In this document: one piece after another, positions 46,559 to 55,624 of the stretch | Position numbering within the stretch: position 1 is the stretch's first letter | How the letters are laid out: every line of letters begins with the position of its first letter | From: a virus | Lineage: Duplodnaviria; Caudoviricetes | DNA: 57,987 nucleotides | Strand: one strand, 5' to 3' | Virus record (IMG/VR): IMGVR_UViG_3300043411_001582 | Location: 1 to 57,987 of that record | Notes under the pieces: model-generated | The model's input: the letters and a program-made list of their open reading frames with translations, nothing else | Databases searched by the model: none | Told to the model about the DNA's origin: nothing | Position numbers and translations under genes: made by a program

Positions 46559-46984
46559 ATGGCGACTCCTATAGCTTATCAAGGCAACTGGAATTATTCT
46601 AGAAATGAACTTTACACATTAGGCCTCGAAAATATACCGAGTCGTATTTCTGGTTATTTCTATTGTTCTGTCAACAAGCTTACTTCTTTGGAAGGTGCAC
46701 CATCTTCTATAGGCGGAGATCTAGATTGTTTTAGTAACTGTCTTTCGTCCCTTCATAATATCCACAAACAGATTAAACATATCGGTGGCTATGCTGATTT
46801 CCGTAAAAATCCAATCACCTCTTGTGTCCTAGGATTACTTTTGATAGATGGATTAGAGAAGGTTTATCTTAACACGAATGGAGTAGAAGACATTATCAAT
46901 AAGCACCTAAAAGGCGATCGAGATGTCTTCGCTTGTCAAGAAGAACTGATCGAAGCGGGATATGAAGAATTTACACAATTATGA
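46559..46984 (+). CDS. LRR family paralogue 13 (no ELFE leader) inside the recombination operon
   Basis: LRRs and C-cap; first in-frame ATG, start uncertain; ATGA overlap with uvsY. Confidence 0.75.
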   Translation: MATPIAYQGNWNYSRNELYTLGLENIPSRISGYFYCSVNKLTSLEGAPSSIGGDLDCFSNCLSSLHNIHKQIKHIGGYADFRKNPITSCVLGLLLIDGLEKVYLNTNGVEDIINKHLKGDRDVFACQEELIEAGYEEFTQL

Positions 46985-47442
46985 GCTTTCTATTAGAACT
47001 CGATGAGCATAAGCTGATTGAGCAATTGCCTCCTATCTTTGAAAAGGCTGAACTGGCTATTAAGAATGCCGAACCGCTTTTCAAGATAGAGGGCCAATTA
47101 CTCGAAGTCTTATCTCGCAATGTGCCTATGCATCAAGCACATTTTGATTTGAAGGCACAAGAGATGAAGCAACTTATGAAGTGGCTCGAGAATTATAAGG
47201 GCAAACTAGAAGCTATTCACCTAAAGAATTATAATAAAGGACAACGTGCACTGTCAGCAACCGATCAGCGAATTTTAATGGGTGGTGAACGTGATATAAT
47301 TGAAGTCAATCAGTTGATTATTGAAGCGACTTTATTCTATTCAAAGTTTGATGCCATTACTGAAGCATTCAAACAAATGGGCTGGAGTTTGTCGTCTATT
47401 GTGAAATTGAGAATTGCCGAATTGCATCAAGTTATTATTTAG
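46981..47442 (+). CDS. uvsY: UvsY-like recombination mediator
   Basis: helical 153-aa protein, RALS..D, C-terminal F.QMGW.L..IVKLR; between uvsX and uvsW. Confidence 0.7.
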   Translation: MSFLLELDEHKLIEQLPPIFEKAELAIKNAEPLFKIEGQLLEVLSRNVPMHQAHFDLKAQEMKQLMKWLENYKGKLEAIHLKNYNKGQRALSATDQRILMGGERDIIEVNQLIIEATLFYSKFDAITEAFKQMGWSLSSIVKLRIAELHQVII

Positions 47443-47455
47443 AAAGAGAATAATC

Positions 47456-48046
47456 ATGGAACGAAAAGAAGTTAAAATCGATTTTGATCGTATGATCAAC
47501 GTTGAGATTAAGCCGGATCTAACTACTAAGGATATTGTTAAGGCGTTGAATCTTGACTCGCCGCCATGCCTCTACTTTTATCTTGGCGGATCTCGAGCAA
47601 TGGCAAAACGCGCTGCGCTGGATGATTTCAGTGAGGTTCAAATCGATATCAAACCATCGACTGATTTTGATTACTATGCTACTAATAGTCCTCAATCTGT
47701 TGATTATTTAATTTCGCTAGGTTTTAAAGAAAAGACCATTAAAAGAAAAGAATATATGGACGATGAAGCCATTGCCATCTATGAAATAAATACCAATCCG
47801 AAAGTACAAGTAGTGCTTCGCAAAGATGCAACCTTTTATCAAAAAGTCTTTCAAAGTATTTCACTTAAGTTCTACTACGATCATCTTTGGAAGTCTGCAC
47901 CTCATTTTGCTTCAAGGCTTGAACGAGAACATTCGAAAATAAAAGATATAATGAATCAACTGTTTGCTATAGGCCGAGCATTTATGCCTATAGAAGAACG
48001 TGGCAAGATTCCTGAAGGCCCTATTAATCGAAATCACAGCCGATGA
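47456..48046 (+). CDS. nucleotidyltransferase-fold protein
   Basis: YLGGSR...TDFDYY (GS..DxD) motif. Confidence 0.55.
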   Translation: MERKEVKIDFDRMINVEIKPDLTTKDIVKALNLDSPPCLYFYLGGSRAMAKRAALDDFSEVQIDIKPSTDFDYYATNSPQSVDYLISLGFKEKTIKRKEYMDDEAIAIYEINTNPKVQVVLRKDATFYQKVFQSISLKFYYDHLWKSAPHFASRLEREHSKIKDIMNQLFAIGRAFMPIEERGKIPEGPINRNHSR

Positions 48047-49506
48047 AAAAATGCACCATTACCGTTAAAGACGAAGTCTATTGCACGATAGGTGGCTTAG
48101 ACCCTCAAGATCATGCCTATATAACTGAGAAATTTTCTTATTATGTAGAGGGATATCGGTTTATGCCTCGCTTCACTTGCGGTTCCTGGTCCGGCAAGAT
48201 CGCCTTCTTCAGTGCTACAGGCAAAGTTTACTTCAGGCTTCTGGATCAGATTGTCCCTTATCTAGAAGGTTGGAACTATGAAATTGATTTAGTAGATCTT
48301 CGTGCACCTGTAAACCTAATCGAAGGCAGAGTAGATACTGATTACTTCAAAAGAAATCCTGAAGTAGAAGTTCCTATTACATTAAGGCCATATCAAGTCG
48401 AAGGTGTAAACAAAGCACTTGATGCCGGATCTGGATTTATTCTAGCCGCAACATCGGCCGGCAAAACAATTATGATCGCCGCCCTTTGTGATATTTTGAA
48501 TAAAGAAGGCGTCCGCTGTTTAATCATTGTCCCAAGTGCTGATCTCGTAGAACAAACTGCTATCACCTTAAGATTAACTAAACTTGATGTTGGCACTTAT
48601 TCTGGATCTACAAAAGATTTTAATCATGCAACTGTTGTAGCTACTTGGCAATCATTACAAAATAATCCAGGATTAGTAGAACAACTGGCCACACGTGCAG
48701 AATTTGACGCAGATGGAAAACAGATAAAGTCAGCAAATGGCGGGGCTTTGATAATTGACGAAGCACACGGATTGCGGGCCGACTCTATAGGCAAATTAGT
48801 TAACGAACATGGTAAAAATTGTCCGTATCGTTTCGGCTTTACTGGAACAATGCCAAAGCCTTTAATTGACCAAGCCACCCTCAAAGGATCTGTTGGAGAG
48901 GTCATTTATGAAATTAGTGCTTCGGATTTAATGAAGATGGGTTATGTAGCACAGCTAGAAATTCAACCTATTCAGATTATAGATGATGTTGCTGAAGAAT
49001 TTCCTGATTATGCTTCAGAGAAAGCTTTTATAAGTAAGAGCCCAAAACGCATTGATCTATTGGCTGACTTAATTATTTCAAAAGCCGAGAAACATGGTAA
49101 CACTTTAGTCCTTGTAAGTAATATCAAACAAGGACAACAACTCCAAAAGCTTATTAAAGACAGTGTCTTCCTGTATGGCAACTCTGATAATGATGTGCGA
49201 GCCGAATGGTATTCCATGTTTGCAGAGCGCGACGATCTAATTGTGATTGCGACATACGGAATAGCGTCGACAGGGATTTCAATTGACCGAATTTTCGCAT
49301 TGTGCATGATAGATGCTGGCAAGTCATATATCCGCGCAATACAGACAATTGGGAGAAGTTTACGCAAAGCCATCGATAAGAATGAAGTAACAGTATATGA
49401 CATCCACTCCAAATTAAAATGGTCACGTAAACATTTTAATGAACGGAACAAGTATTACAAAGATGCAAAATATCGCGTTTTGCCTACTGTTAAACTTTCT
49501 GTATAA
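48043..49506 (+). CDS. uvsW: SF2 DNA helicase
   Basis: LRPYQ, ATSAGKT, DEAH, GFTGT, STGISI, QTIGRSLR. Confidence 0.92.
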   Translation: MKKCTITVKDEVYCTIGGLDPQDHAYITEKFSYYVEGYRFMPRFTCGSWSGKIAFFSATGKVYFRLLDQIVPYLEGWNYEIDLVDLRAPVNLIEGRVDTDYFKRNPEVEVPITLRPYQVEGVNKALDAGSGFILAATSAGKTIMIAALCDILNKEGVRCLIIVPSADLVEQTAITLRLTKLDVGTYSGSTKDFNHATVVATWQSLQNNPGLVEQLATRAEFDADGKQIKSANGGALIIDEAHGLRADSIGKLVNEHGKNCPYRFGFTGTMPKPLIDQATLKGSVGEVIYEISASDLMKMGYVAQLEIQPIQIIDDVAEEFPDYASEKAFISKSPKRIDLLADLIISKAEKHGNTLVLVSNIKQGQQLQKLIKDSVFLYGNSDNDVRAEWYSMFAERDDLIVIATYGIASTGISIDRIFALCMIDAGKSYIRAIQTIGRSLRKAIDKNEVTVYDIHSKLKWSRKHFNERNKYYKDAKYRVLPTVKLSV

Positions 49507-50218
49507 AGCACCCTTTTAATGGGCCGGTTTTAAGAAAAATCCCTAAATTTGGTCTTTTAGCATTTACCTCTTCACAGTATTTGCTTAAATTTTTAATTAT
49601 CTTTTCAGATTTGTCAGGAAAAATGATTTTATATTCTTTTGATAAAGCCTCAGATAATACGGCTTTGTGTTTATCAGAGACTTTATGATTTTTTCCTTGT
49701 GTATTTCCGATTAACCGCTTAGACATAGCTTTTTTAAATTCTTCGGTATGCTTTTGCCCAAGACCAGCATCGGCTTTCTGTTTTAAAGTATTTTTATGTT
49801 TTTGTTTTGTTTCATCGGTTCTAACTTGTTTCCATCCAGCCTCTCGTCTTTCGGCCCAAGCTTTTGATATTTTTTTATTTCTTTCTTCAGTGTACATTCC
49901 ATCTTTACAAATTCGACGTGCCAAGTCATAATCTCTAGCTGATACCGACCTATTCAAACGTTTATTGTTTGTTGTGAAAGCCATATAACAAAAAGCATTT
50001 ATCATCTTCTTGAGAGCAAGCCCTGTGAAAAATTTAGTGAGTAATTTATGAACTAGAAAATGTTCTCGAGGTGTTAGAAAAACTAAATTCTCAGGATCAT
50101 CTTTGCCACCTACCGATTTGGGAACAATATGGTGTTTTTCAAAATTCTTTCTTAATACCGGTAACCCTCTATTTTTAGCATTGACAATGATAGAATCGTG
50201 AATTTTTTGATAATTCAT
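49490..50218 (-). CDS. HNH homing endonuclease with NUMOD3-like repeats
   Basis: MNYQKIH..II, EKHHIVPKS.GG.D..ENLV.LT.REHF.VH.LL; late promoter TATAAATA minus strand 50245-50252. Confidence 0.9.
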   Translation of the reverse strand: MNYQKIHDSIIVNAKNRGLPVLRKNFEKHHIVPKSVGGKDDPENLVFLTPREHFLVHKLLTKFFTGLALKKMINAFCYMAFTTNNKRLNRSVSARDYDLARRICKDGMYTEERNKKISKAWAERREAGWKQVRTDETKQKHKNTLKQKADAGLGQKHTEEFKKAMSKRLIGNTQGKNHKVSDKHKAVLSEALSKEYKIIFPDKSEKIIKNLSKYCEEVNAKRPNLGIFLKTGPLKGCFIQKV

Positions 50219-50351
50219 CAATGAACTCCTTTGATAGTATATTCTATTTATAGGATTATTTTTAGTACCGAACCTATGAAATAGATAAAGCTTATTATAA
50301 AAGTCGTATAATGTTATTAACTGTCAAAATTAAAACTTAAGGAATATTAGA

Positions 50352-50861
50352 ATGTTGACCCTCTCAGAAATTTCGCGCCCATATTTAATCGATTCATTTA
50401 CAGCACCTCTTGGTGTCACTCATTTCTGGACATTTAGTGGACACATGCTCGACTTCAAGCTAGAGGAGATGCAGTATCTCGAGGAGATTGTAGGTCAAAC
50501 TATTCGAATTCGAGTAGAGAACCTAGAAATAGATTTACCGGCTTCTTGGTCTGTTATGGCTGTAGAGAAGGAGAACTATACAGTGGATTTTGTACCCATT
50601 GCTCGGTGTGCTACTTTTGATCAAGATATTTTATTGTTCTCACCTTATGACAGCAAGCTAAAAACGTGCAAAGTGAACGTAATCGACTTCAAAAATAAGG
50701 GTATTTGTATCGCTCCTGAAATTCCTAAAGGCTCTGCCTTAGTTCATCCGGTCTGCCAAGATATGCTTCATGGCAAAATGCTTCACTACGGCATTGTAGT
50801 GACACCACATGATCTCTGGAAATATGTGGGTGGCAAGACCGTCGGTGATATTTTGGGATAA
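50352..50861 (+). CDS. hypothetical protein
   Basis: 169-aa ORF with AAGGA SD. Confidence 0.7.
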   Translation: MLTLSEISRPYLIDSFTAPLGVTHFWTFSGHMLDFKLEEMQYLEEIVGQTIRIRVENLEIDLPASWSVMAVEKENYTVDFVPIARCATFDQDILLFSPYDSKLKTCKVNVIDFKNKGICIAPEIPKGSALVHPVCQDMLHGKMLHYGIVVTPHDLWKYVGGKTVGDILG

Positions 50862-50921
50862 AAGCCGTCTATTCCATAGTCAAAAAACTATAAATAAATC
50901 TCATCTAAAGGAGAATTATAA

Positions 50922-51482
50922 ATGGTTTCTGAACAAGGTTATATTGACGCAGCTAAAGTGATTGGATGCAACGTTGCTGCTGTAAAGGCAGTAGCTGTAG
51001 TAGAGAGTTCTGGCGGAGGATTTGATCCTGAAGGATTCCCGAAGACATTATTTGAAGGTCATTGGTTCCATAAACTTACTAATGGTAAGTTTGCAGCAGA
51101 AAATCCTACACTGAGCTATGCAAAGTGGACTAAGCAATTCTACGGTAAGACGTGGCAAGAAGAAAAGGCACGTCTTGCAAAGGCTGCAGAACTAGATAAA
51201 ACTTCGGCACATATGTCTGCCTCTTGGGGCATGTTCCAAATCATGGGATTCAATTTTGCTAAATGCGGGTTTAAAACCATTCAGCAATTTGTAAATGCGA
51301 TGTGCAAGGATGAAGATTCACAAATGACTGTATTTGCTGAGTATATTGTTAATGCTGGATTAGCTGACGAACTTAGAGATCAGCGTTGGGCAGACTTCGC
51401 TAGGCTGTATAATGGACCTGAATATGCTAAAAACAAATATGATACCAAATTAGCAAAGGCCTACGAAAAAGCAAAAGGCTAA
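50922..51482 (+). CDS. N-acetylmuramidase endolysin (DUF3380 family)
   Basis: AV..VES.G.GF, LFEGH.F, SASWG.FQIMGFN, W..FAR.YNG..Y..N.YD; late promoter 50889-50896. Confidence 0.92.
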   Translation: MVSEQGYIDAAKVIGCNVAAVKAVAVVESSGGGFDPEGFPKTLFEGHWFHKLTNGKFAAENPTLSYAKWTKQFYGKTWQEEKARLAKAAELDKTSAHMSASWGMFQIMGFNFAKCGFKTIQQFVNAMCKDEDSQMTVFAEYIVNAGLADELRDQRWADFARLYNGPEYAKNKYDTKLAKAYEKAKG

Positions 51483-51582
51483 AAATATTCTTAATTATTC
51501 TTAAAATAATAATTATACCGAACACTAATAATTGACGGACGAAGGTCCGTCATCGTATCAATCTCATCTTCAATATTCTATA

Positions 51583-53433
51583 ATGGACATTTCACAAAAA
51601 ATTCTTTCAGACATCACAGCCTTTTCAAAATACGCTAAACATCTCCCAGCAAAGAAACGTCGAGAGACATGGGAAGAAGTATGCGATCGTAATTTAGCGA
51701 TGCACGTTAAGAAGTTTCCTATTATAGCAGATGAGATTACTGAGACATATAAAAAATATGTTTATACAAGGAAGGTATTGCCTTCGATGCGATCGATGCA
51801 ATTTGCTGGTCGTCCGGCAGAGCTTTCAAATAATCGAATCTATAATTGTGCATACTTAGCTGTAGACAGCATAGAGGCATTTCACGAAACGCTATTCCTT
51901 CTTTTAGGTGGAACAGGTATTGGCTTTTCTGTTCAACAACACCACATTGCTAAATTGCCAATTGTGGTTGGTACTAGGAAGCAGACTCGTCGCTTTCTTG
52001 TTGGTGATTCTATCGAAGGATGGGGAGATGCCGTCAAAGTTCTAGTTAAAGCCTTTTTTCAAGGCAAAGCCGAACCGACTTTCGATTTTAGAGACATTCG
52101 ACCAAAAGGGGCTTTACTTGTTACTTCTGGCGGCAAAGCTCCAGGCCCAGATCCACTTAGGATTTGCATTGAACATATTCGCGCTATTCTTCATAATGCT
52201 GTAGGACGTAAATTAACATCATTAGAAATCCATGATATTATGTGTCATATTGCTGATGCAGTTTTATCTGGCGGGATTAGGCGTGCGGCATTAATTTCGT
52301 TGTTCAGCCCAGATGATCTTGATATGATCTCGTGTAAATCTGGGGATTGGTGGGAACTGAATCCACAACGCGGACGCTCAAATAACTCTGCGGTATTACA
52401 TCGTGAGCACACTACCGAGGACCAATTTAAAGCCTTGTGGGAACGTATTAAAGATTCTAATGCCGGCGAACCTGGAATCTTTTGGACGAATGACTTAGAT
52501 CTTGGTACGAACCCATGTTGCGAAATTTCCCTGAACAGCAATCAATTTTGTAATTTGACAGAGATGAATGTCAGCGATGTAGAGACACAAGAAGAATTAA
52601 ACGATATGGCCAAAGCCGCATCTTTAATTGGAACTCTCCAAGCAGCGTATACCGACTTTCATTATCTTCGTCCTGAATGGGAAGAGAATACTAAGCGTGA
52701 AGCCTTGATTGGTGTTGGGCAAACTGGAATTGGATCTGGGAAAGTTTTAAAACTAGACTTGGCACAATCTGCTCAAGTTGTCAAAGACGAAAATGAACGT
52801 GTTGCAAAATTGCTGAATATTAACCCAGCGGCAAGAACGACGGCTGTAAAACCGAGTGGCTCCAGTTCCCTTATTGTAGGTTCTTCTTCAGGTGTTCATG
52901 CCTGGCATAATGACTTTTATATTCGAAGAATGCGTGTTGGAAAGAACGAAGCACTTTATTCTTACATGGCTAAGAATTTTCCTTCGCTAATTGAAGACTG
53001 TAAGTTCAAACCTCATCTTGACGCAGTCATGTCCTTTCCTCAAAAGGCGCCAGAAGGTTCTATTCTCAGATCAGAATCGGCGCATGATACACTAGAACGT
53101 GTCAAAAAGTTTAATAAGGAATGGGTACAAAACGGACATCGTACTGGTAAGAACTTCCATAATGTTTCTTGTACTATTTCTTTAAGAAATAGAGAATGGG
53201 AATCCGTCCAACGCTGGATGTGGAAGAATCGTGCTGATTATACTGGCATCTCTGTTCTGCCGTATGATGGTGGATCTTATGTACAAGCACCTTTTGAAGA
53301 TTGCACTGAAGAAACATTTAATGAGATGATGAAACACCTTCATAATATCAATTTGGCGGATGTTATCGAAATCGATGATAATACGGCTTTAAATGATCAA
53401 GTGGCATGCGGACAAGGCGGATGCGCTATTTGA
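51583..53433 (+). CDS. nrdJ: class II (adenosylcobalamin) ribonucleotide reductase
   Basis: RRETW, PSMR, YNC, G.G.GFS, GGIRRAA, TNPCCEI, TT.VKPSG, C-terminal CGQGGC. Confidence 0.88.
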   Translation: MDISQKILSDITAFSKYAKHLPAKKRRETWEEVCDRNLAMHVKKFPIIADEITETYKKYVYTRKVLPSMRSMQFAGRPAELSNNRIYNCAYLAVDSIEAFHETLFLLLGGTGIGFSVQQHHIAKLPIVVGTRKQTRRFLVGDSIEGWGDAVKVLVKAFFQGKAEPTFDFRDIRPKGALLVTSGGKAPGPDPLRICIEHIRAILHNAVGRKLTSLEIHDIMCHIADAVLSGGIRRAALISLFSPDDLDMISCKSGDWWELNPQRGRSNNSAVLHREHTTEDQFKALWERIKDSNAGEPGIFWTNDLDLGTNPCCEISLNSNQFCNLTEMNVSDVETQEELNDMAKAASLIGTLQAAYTDFHYLRPEWEENTKREALIGVGQTGIGSGKVLKLDLAQSAQVVKDENERVAKLLNINPAARTTAVKPSGSSSLIVGSSSGVHAWHNDFYIRRMRVGKNEALYSYMAKNFPSLIEDCKFKPHLDAVMSFPQKAPEGSILRSESAHDTLERVKKFNKEWVQNGHRTGKNFHNVSCTISLRNREWESVQRWMWKNRADYTGISVLPYDGGSYVQAPFEDCTEETFNEMMKHLHNINLADVIEIDDNTALNDQVACGQGGCAI

Positions 53434-53444
53434 AAGGAATAAAA

Positions 53445-53726
53445 ATGAATTCAAAACACTTTACAGTATATTCAAAGCCGGCTTGCCCGGCTTGTGTTGA
53501 AGCCAAGAATATTCTTACTTCAAAAGGGCTTCCATTTACAGAGATCAGTCTTGATGTAGGACAACCGAAATCTGCTGATAAATTTTATATTTCTAGAGAA
53601 GATCTAATGGTCTTATTTCCAGAGGCTAGAACTGTTCCTCAGATTTCTTTATACGAAGACCATGAGGTTTTCAATATTGGCGATATTTCTAATCTAAAAG
53701 AATTCTTGTCAAATGCTTGTGTCTAA
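53445..53726 (+). CDS. glutaredoxin
   Basis: YSKPACPAC..AK and ARTVPQI; follows the RNR gene. Confidence 0.9.
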   Translation: MNSKHFTVYSKPACPACVEAKNILTSKGLPFTEISLDVGQPKSADKFYISREDLMVLFPEARTVPQISLYEDHEVFNIGDISNLKEFLSNACV

Positions 53727-54126
53727 TTCAAGTGGGTTATATGTTGCTGTAAAGCCCACACTGGAAACAAAGATCAAGTTATATGAGTGGGCAGCACCTA
53801 CTGGACTATTACTAGATCTAGATTTACATGTCACGTTGTTATATTCTAGAAAGAACTTTCCAGTAGTATTAAGTCCAGGTATTCTATTTGCAAAGCCAAA
53901 GCATATTTCTTCTTTAGGATCAGCAGCTGTAGTTTTACATCTAGATTCTTTAGCTTTAATAAATCGTCATAATCACTTTATAGCACATGGCCATACTCAC
54001 GATTGGGAAGACTATACTCCGCATATAACTCTTAAGATGAGTGACTTCGATTATCGAAAGCTTCCACCTATTTTATTCGATCTGACATTTGATAGTGAAT
54101 ACCAAGAAGAATTGATGGATCCTTAG
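53713..54126 (+). CDS. acb1: 2H phosphodiesterase, Acb1/T4 gp57B-like anti-CBASS nuclease
   Basis: GLYVA.K, HVTLLYSR, L.LDS..L..RH, THDW.DYTPHITL, D.EY.E.L. Confidence 0.8.
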   Translation: MLVSNSSGLYVAVKPTLETKIKLYEWAAPTGLLLDLDLHVTLLYSRKNFPVVLSPGILFAKPKHISSLGSAAVVLHLDSLALINRHNHFIAHGHTHDWEDYTPHITLKMSDFDYRKLPPILFDLTFDSEYQEELMDP

Positions 54127-54181
54127 TGTATTTTAAGGTTAGGTTGCTAAATAGGTCATTCGACTAGTTTGGGGGTGATCT

Positions 54182-54550
54182 ATGGCTAATGCTACGTATA
54201 TAACAATTTTCGGTGCGTCTATTAATGTCATGGCCATTGCAATGCTGTGCATTGTTGTTGGTTTGATGGTTCTGTTCTATAGAATTCAATCTTCAAAGAA
54301 GCTTGATTTCGCTGACATGATCACAAAAAATGGAACTTCGGTTTCATTGACCAAGGTTCTTCAATTAGTTGGTGGCCTTACGGCCACCTGGGTCATTGTC
54401 AAACTCACACTCGGTAATAATCTTACCGAGGCGGTATTTGGGTTGTATTTAACTTATGTTGGGGCTGTTGAAGGCTACAGCAAATATCTTTCCGCAAAAC
54501 ACGGATATAATGAAAATTCTGTAAAATCCGTTGCAAAGAAAGAGGAATAA
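54182..54550 (+). CDS. membrane protein, possible holin
   Basis: three hydrophobic segments, charged C-terminus; GCTAAATA upstream. Confidence 0.5.
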   Translation: MANATYITIFGASINVMAIAMLCIVVGLMVLFYRIQSSKKLDFADMITKNGTSVSLTKVLQLVGGLTATWVIVKLTLGNNLTEAVFGLYLTYVGAVEGYSKYLSAKHGYNENSVKSVAKKEE

Positions 54551-54551
54551 A

Positions 54552-55583
54552 ATGAACGAAGAATCCTATACCACATTAGACAATTTGTCGATTCACGACA
54601 AAATTAGAATAGCAATGTTGGAATCTTCAAAGGCAAATGTTGCCCACCAACATCTAATAACTGATGTTCAAGATTTAAAAGATACCTTGGCTGGCAAGTC
54701 GACCGTAGGTCACGATCATGACGTTGCTAATATTACAGAACTTCAAAATCTCTTAGATAGCAAAGCTGACTTAGTACACACTCATCCTGTAGTGTCTATT
54801 CAGGTTAAGGACGATACACCACATATAGCATCGGCAAGCCTGTCATTTCCAGGTTCTACTGTAGAAGGTCAAGGCGATGTTGTTATACATCCTCAGCAAA
54901 TAAGCATTTATGAAGGCCAGACTCTTGTTGGAATATTCCCAAGAGAGATTAAAGTTCAATCTAAATTAATCTTTAATTCTGGCTTACGTGTTTCAGCTTC
55001 AGGCGATCAAAATGAAATTATCACCGTAGATGTTTCTAATTCAGCACTTGGAGATTATTTGAATCTTACAACTGGTGGGACAATTGAAGGCGATCTATTC
55101 GGAAAGTCTTTTAGTGTCTTGAACGACTTTTTTGACGGAGTCTTAATTTCTTTGAACAACTCTGGGTCTATTACTGCAAAAGGGTCTGAAGGGGAGTTTG
55201 GGCAAGTTTTAACTTCTGGTGGCGCAAATTCCGCTGCATTCTGGTCCAGACCAGCTTCGTCTACAAGTGGTGTCTCGACAATTAGGTCTGGCGAGTTTAA
55301 TGATATTTCTATTGGGTCAGCCCAAGATCTAAATGTTCAGATTAGACATTGTGGAGTTAAGAACATAACCTTGACTTTACAAAATGATTCAGTCTGGTAT
55401 GGTGCAGACTCGGCTATGCCTATTGGCGGAAGTTTTACTATAGGCAAACATGGATTTGGTAATATTTTAATTCAAGCAGGGACAGGCGTTACTATCAATG
55501 CTGCAGAATCGTTGTCACTTACAAGACCACATGGTAAATTAACGTTGCTTAAGGTGTCTCAAGATACTTGGGATCTGTTCTGA
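54552..55583 (+). CDS. tail fibre/fibre-associated protein
   Basis: H.H....(V/I)..L...L..K repeats, YLNLTTGGTI.G, G..GQVLTS.G motifs. Confidence 0.6.
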   Translation: MNEESYTTLDNLSIHDKIRIAMLESSKANVAHQHLITDVQDLKDTLAGKSTVGHDHDVANITELQNLLDSKADLVHTHPVVSIQVKDDTPHIASASLSFPGSTVEGQGDVVIHPQQISIYEGQTLVGIFPREIKVQSKLIFNSGLRVSASGDQNEIITVDVSNSALGDYLNLTTGGTIEGDLFGKSFSVLNDFFDGVLISLNNSGSITAKGSEGEFGQVLTSGGANSAAFWSRPASSTSGVSTIRSGEFNDISIGSAQDLNVQIRHCGVKNITLTLQNDSVWYGADSAMPIGGSFTIGKHGFGNILIQAGTGVTINAAESLSLTRPHGKLTLLKVSQDTWDLF

Positions 55584-55624
55584 TTCTGTGTTATAATTCC
55601 TCTACATTGTTAGAGGAATTCTTT

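Noticed and set aside
4820-46984. Diversity-generating retroelement driving LRR variation
   Set aside because: No reverse transcriptase or non-coding template repeat in the window, and synonymous adenines in the scaffold are invariant; cannot be excluded genome-wide
35490-53433. Introns or inteins in terminase, UvsX, UvsW or RNR
   Set aside because: Each reads as one continuous ORF of normal size; adjacent endonucleases are free-standing
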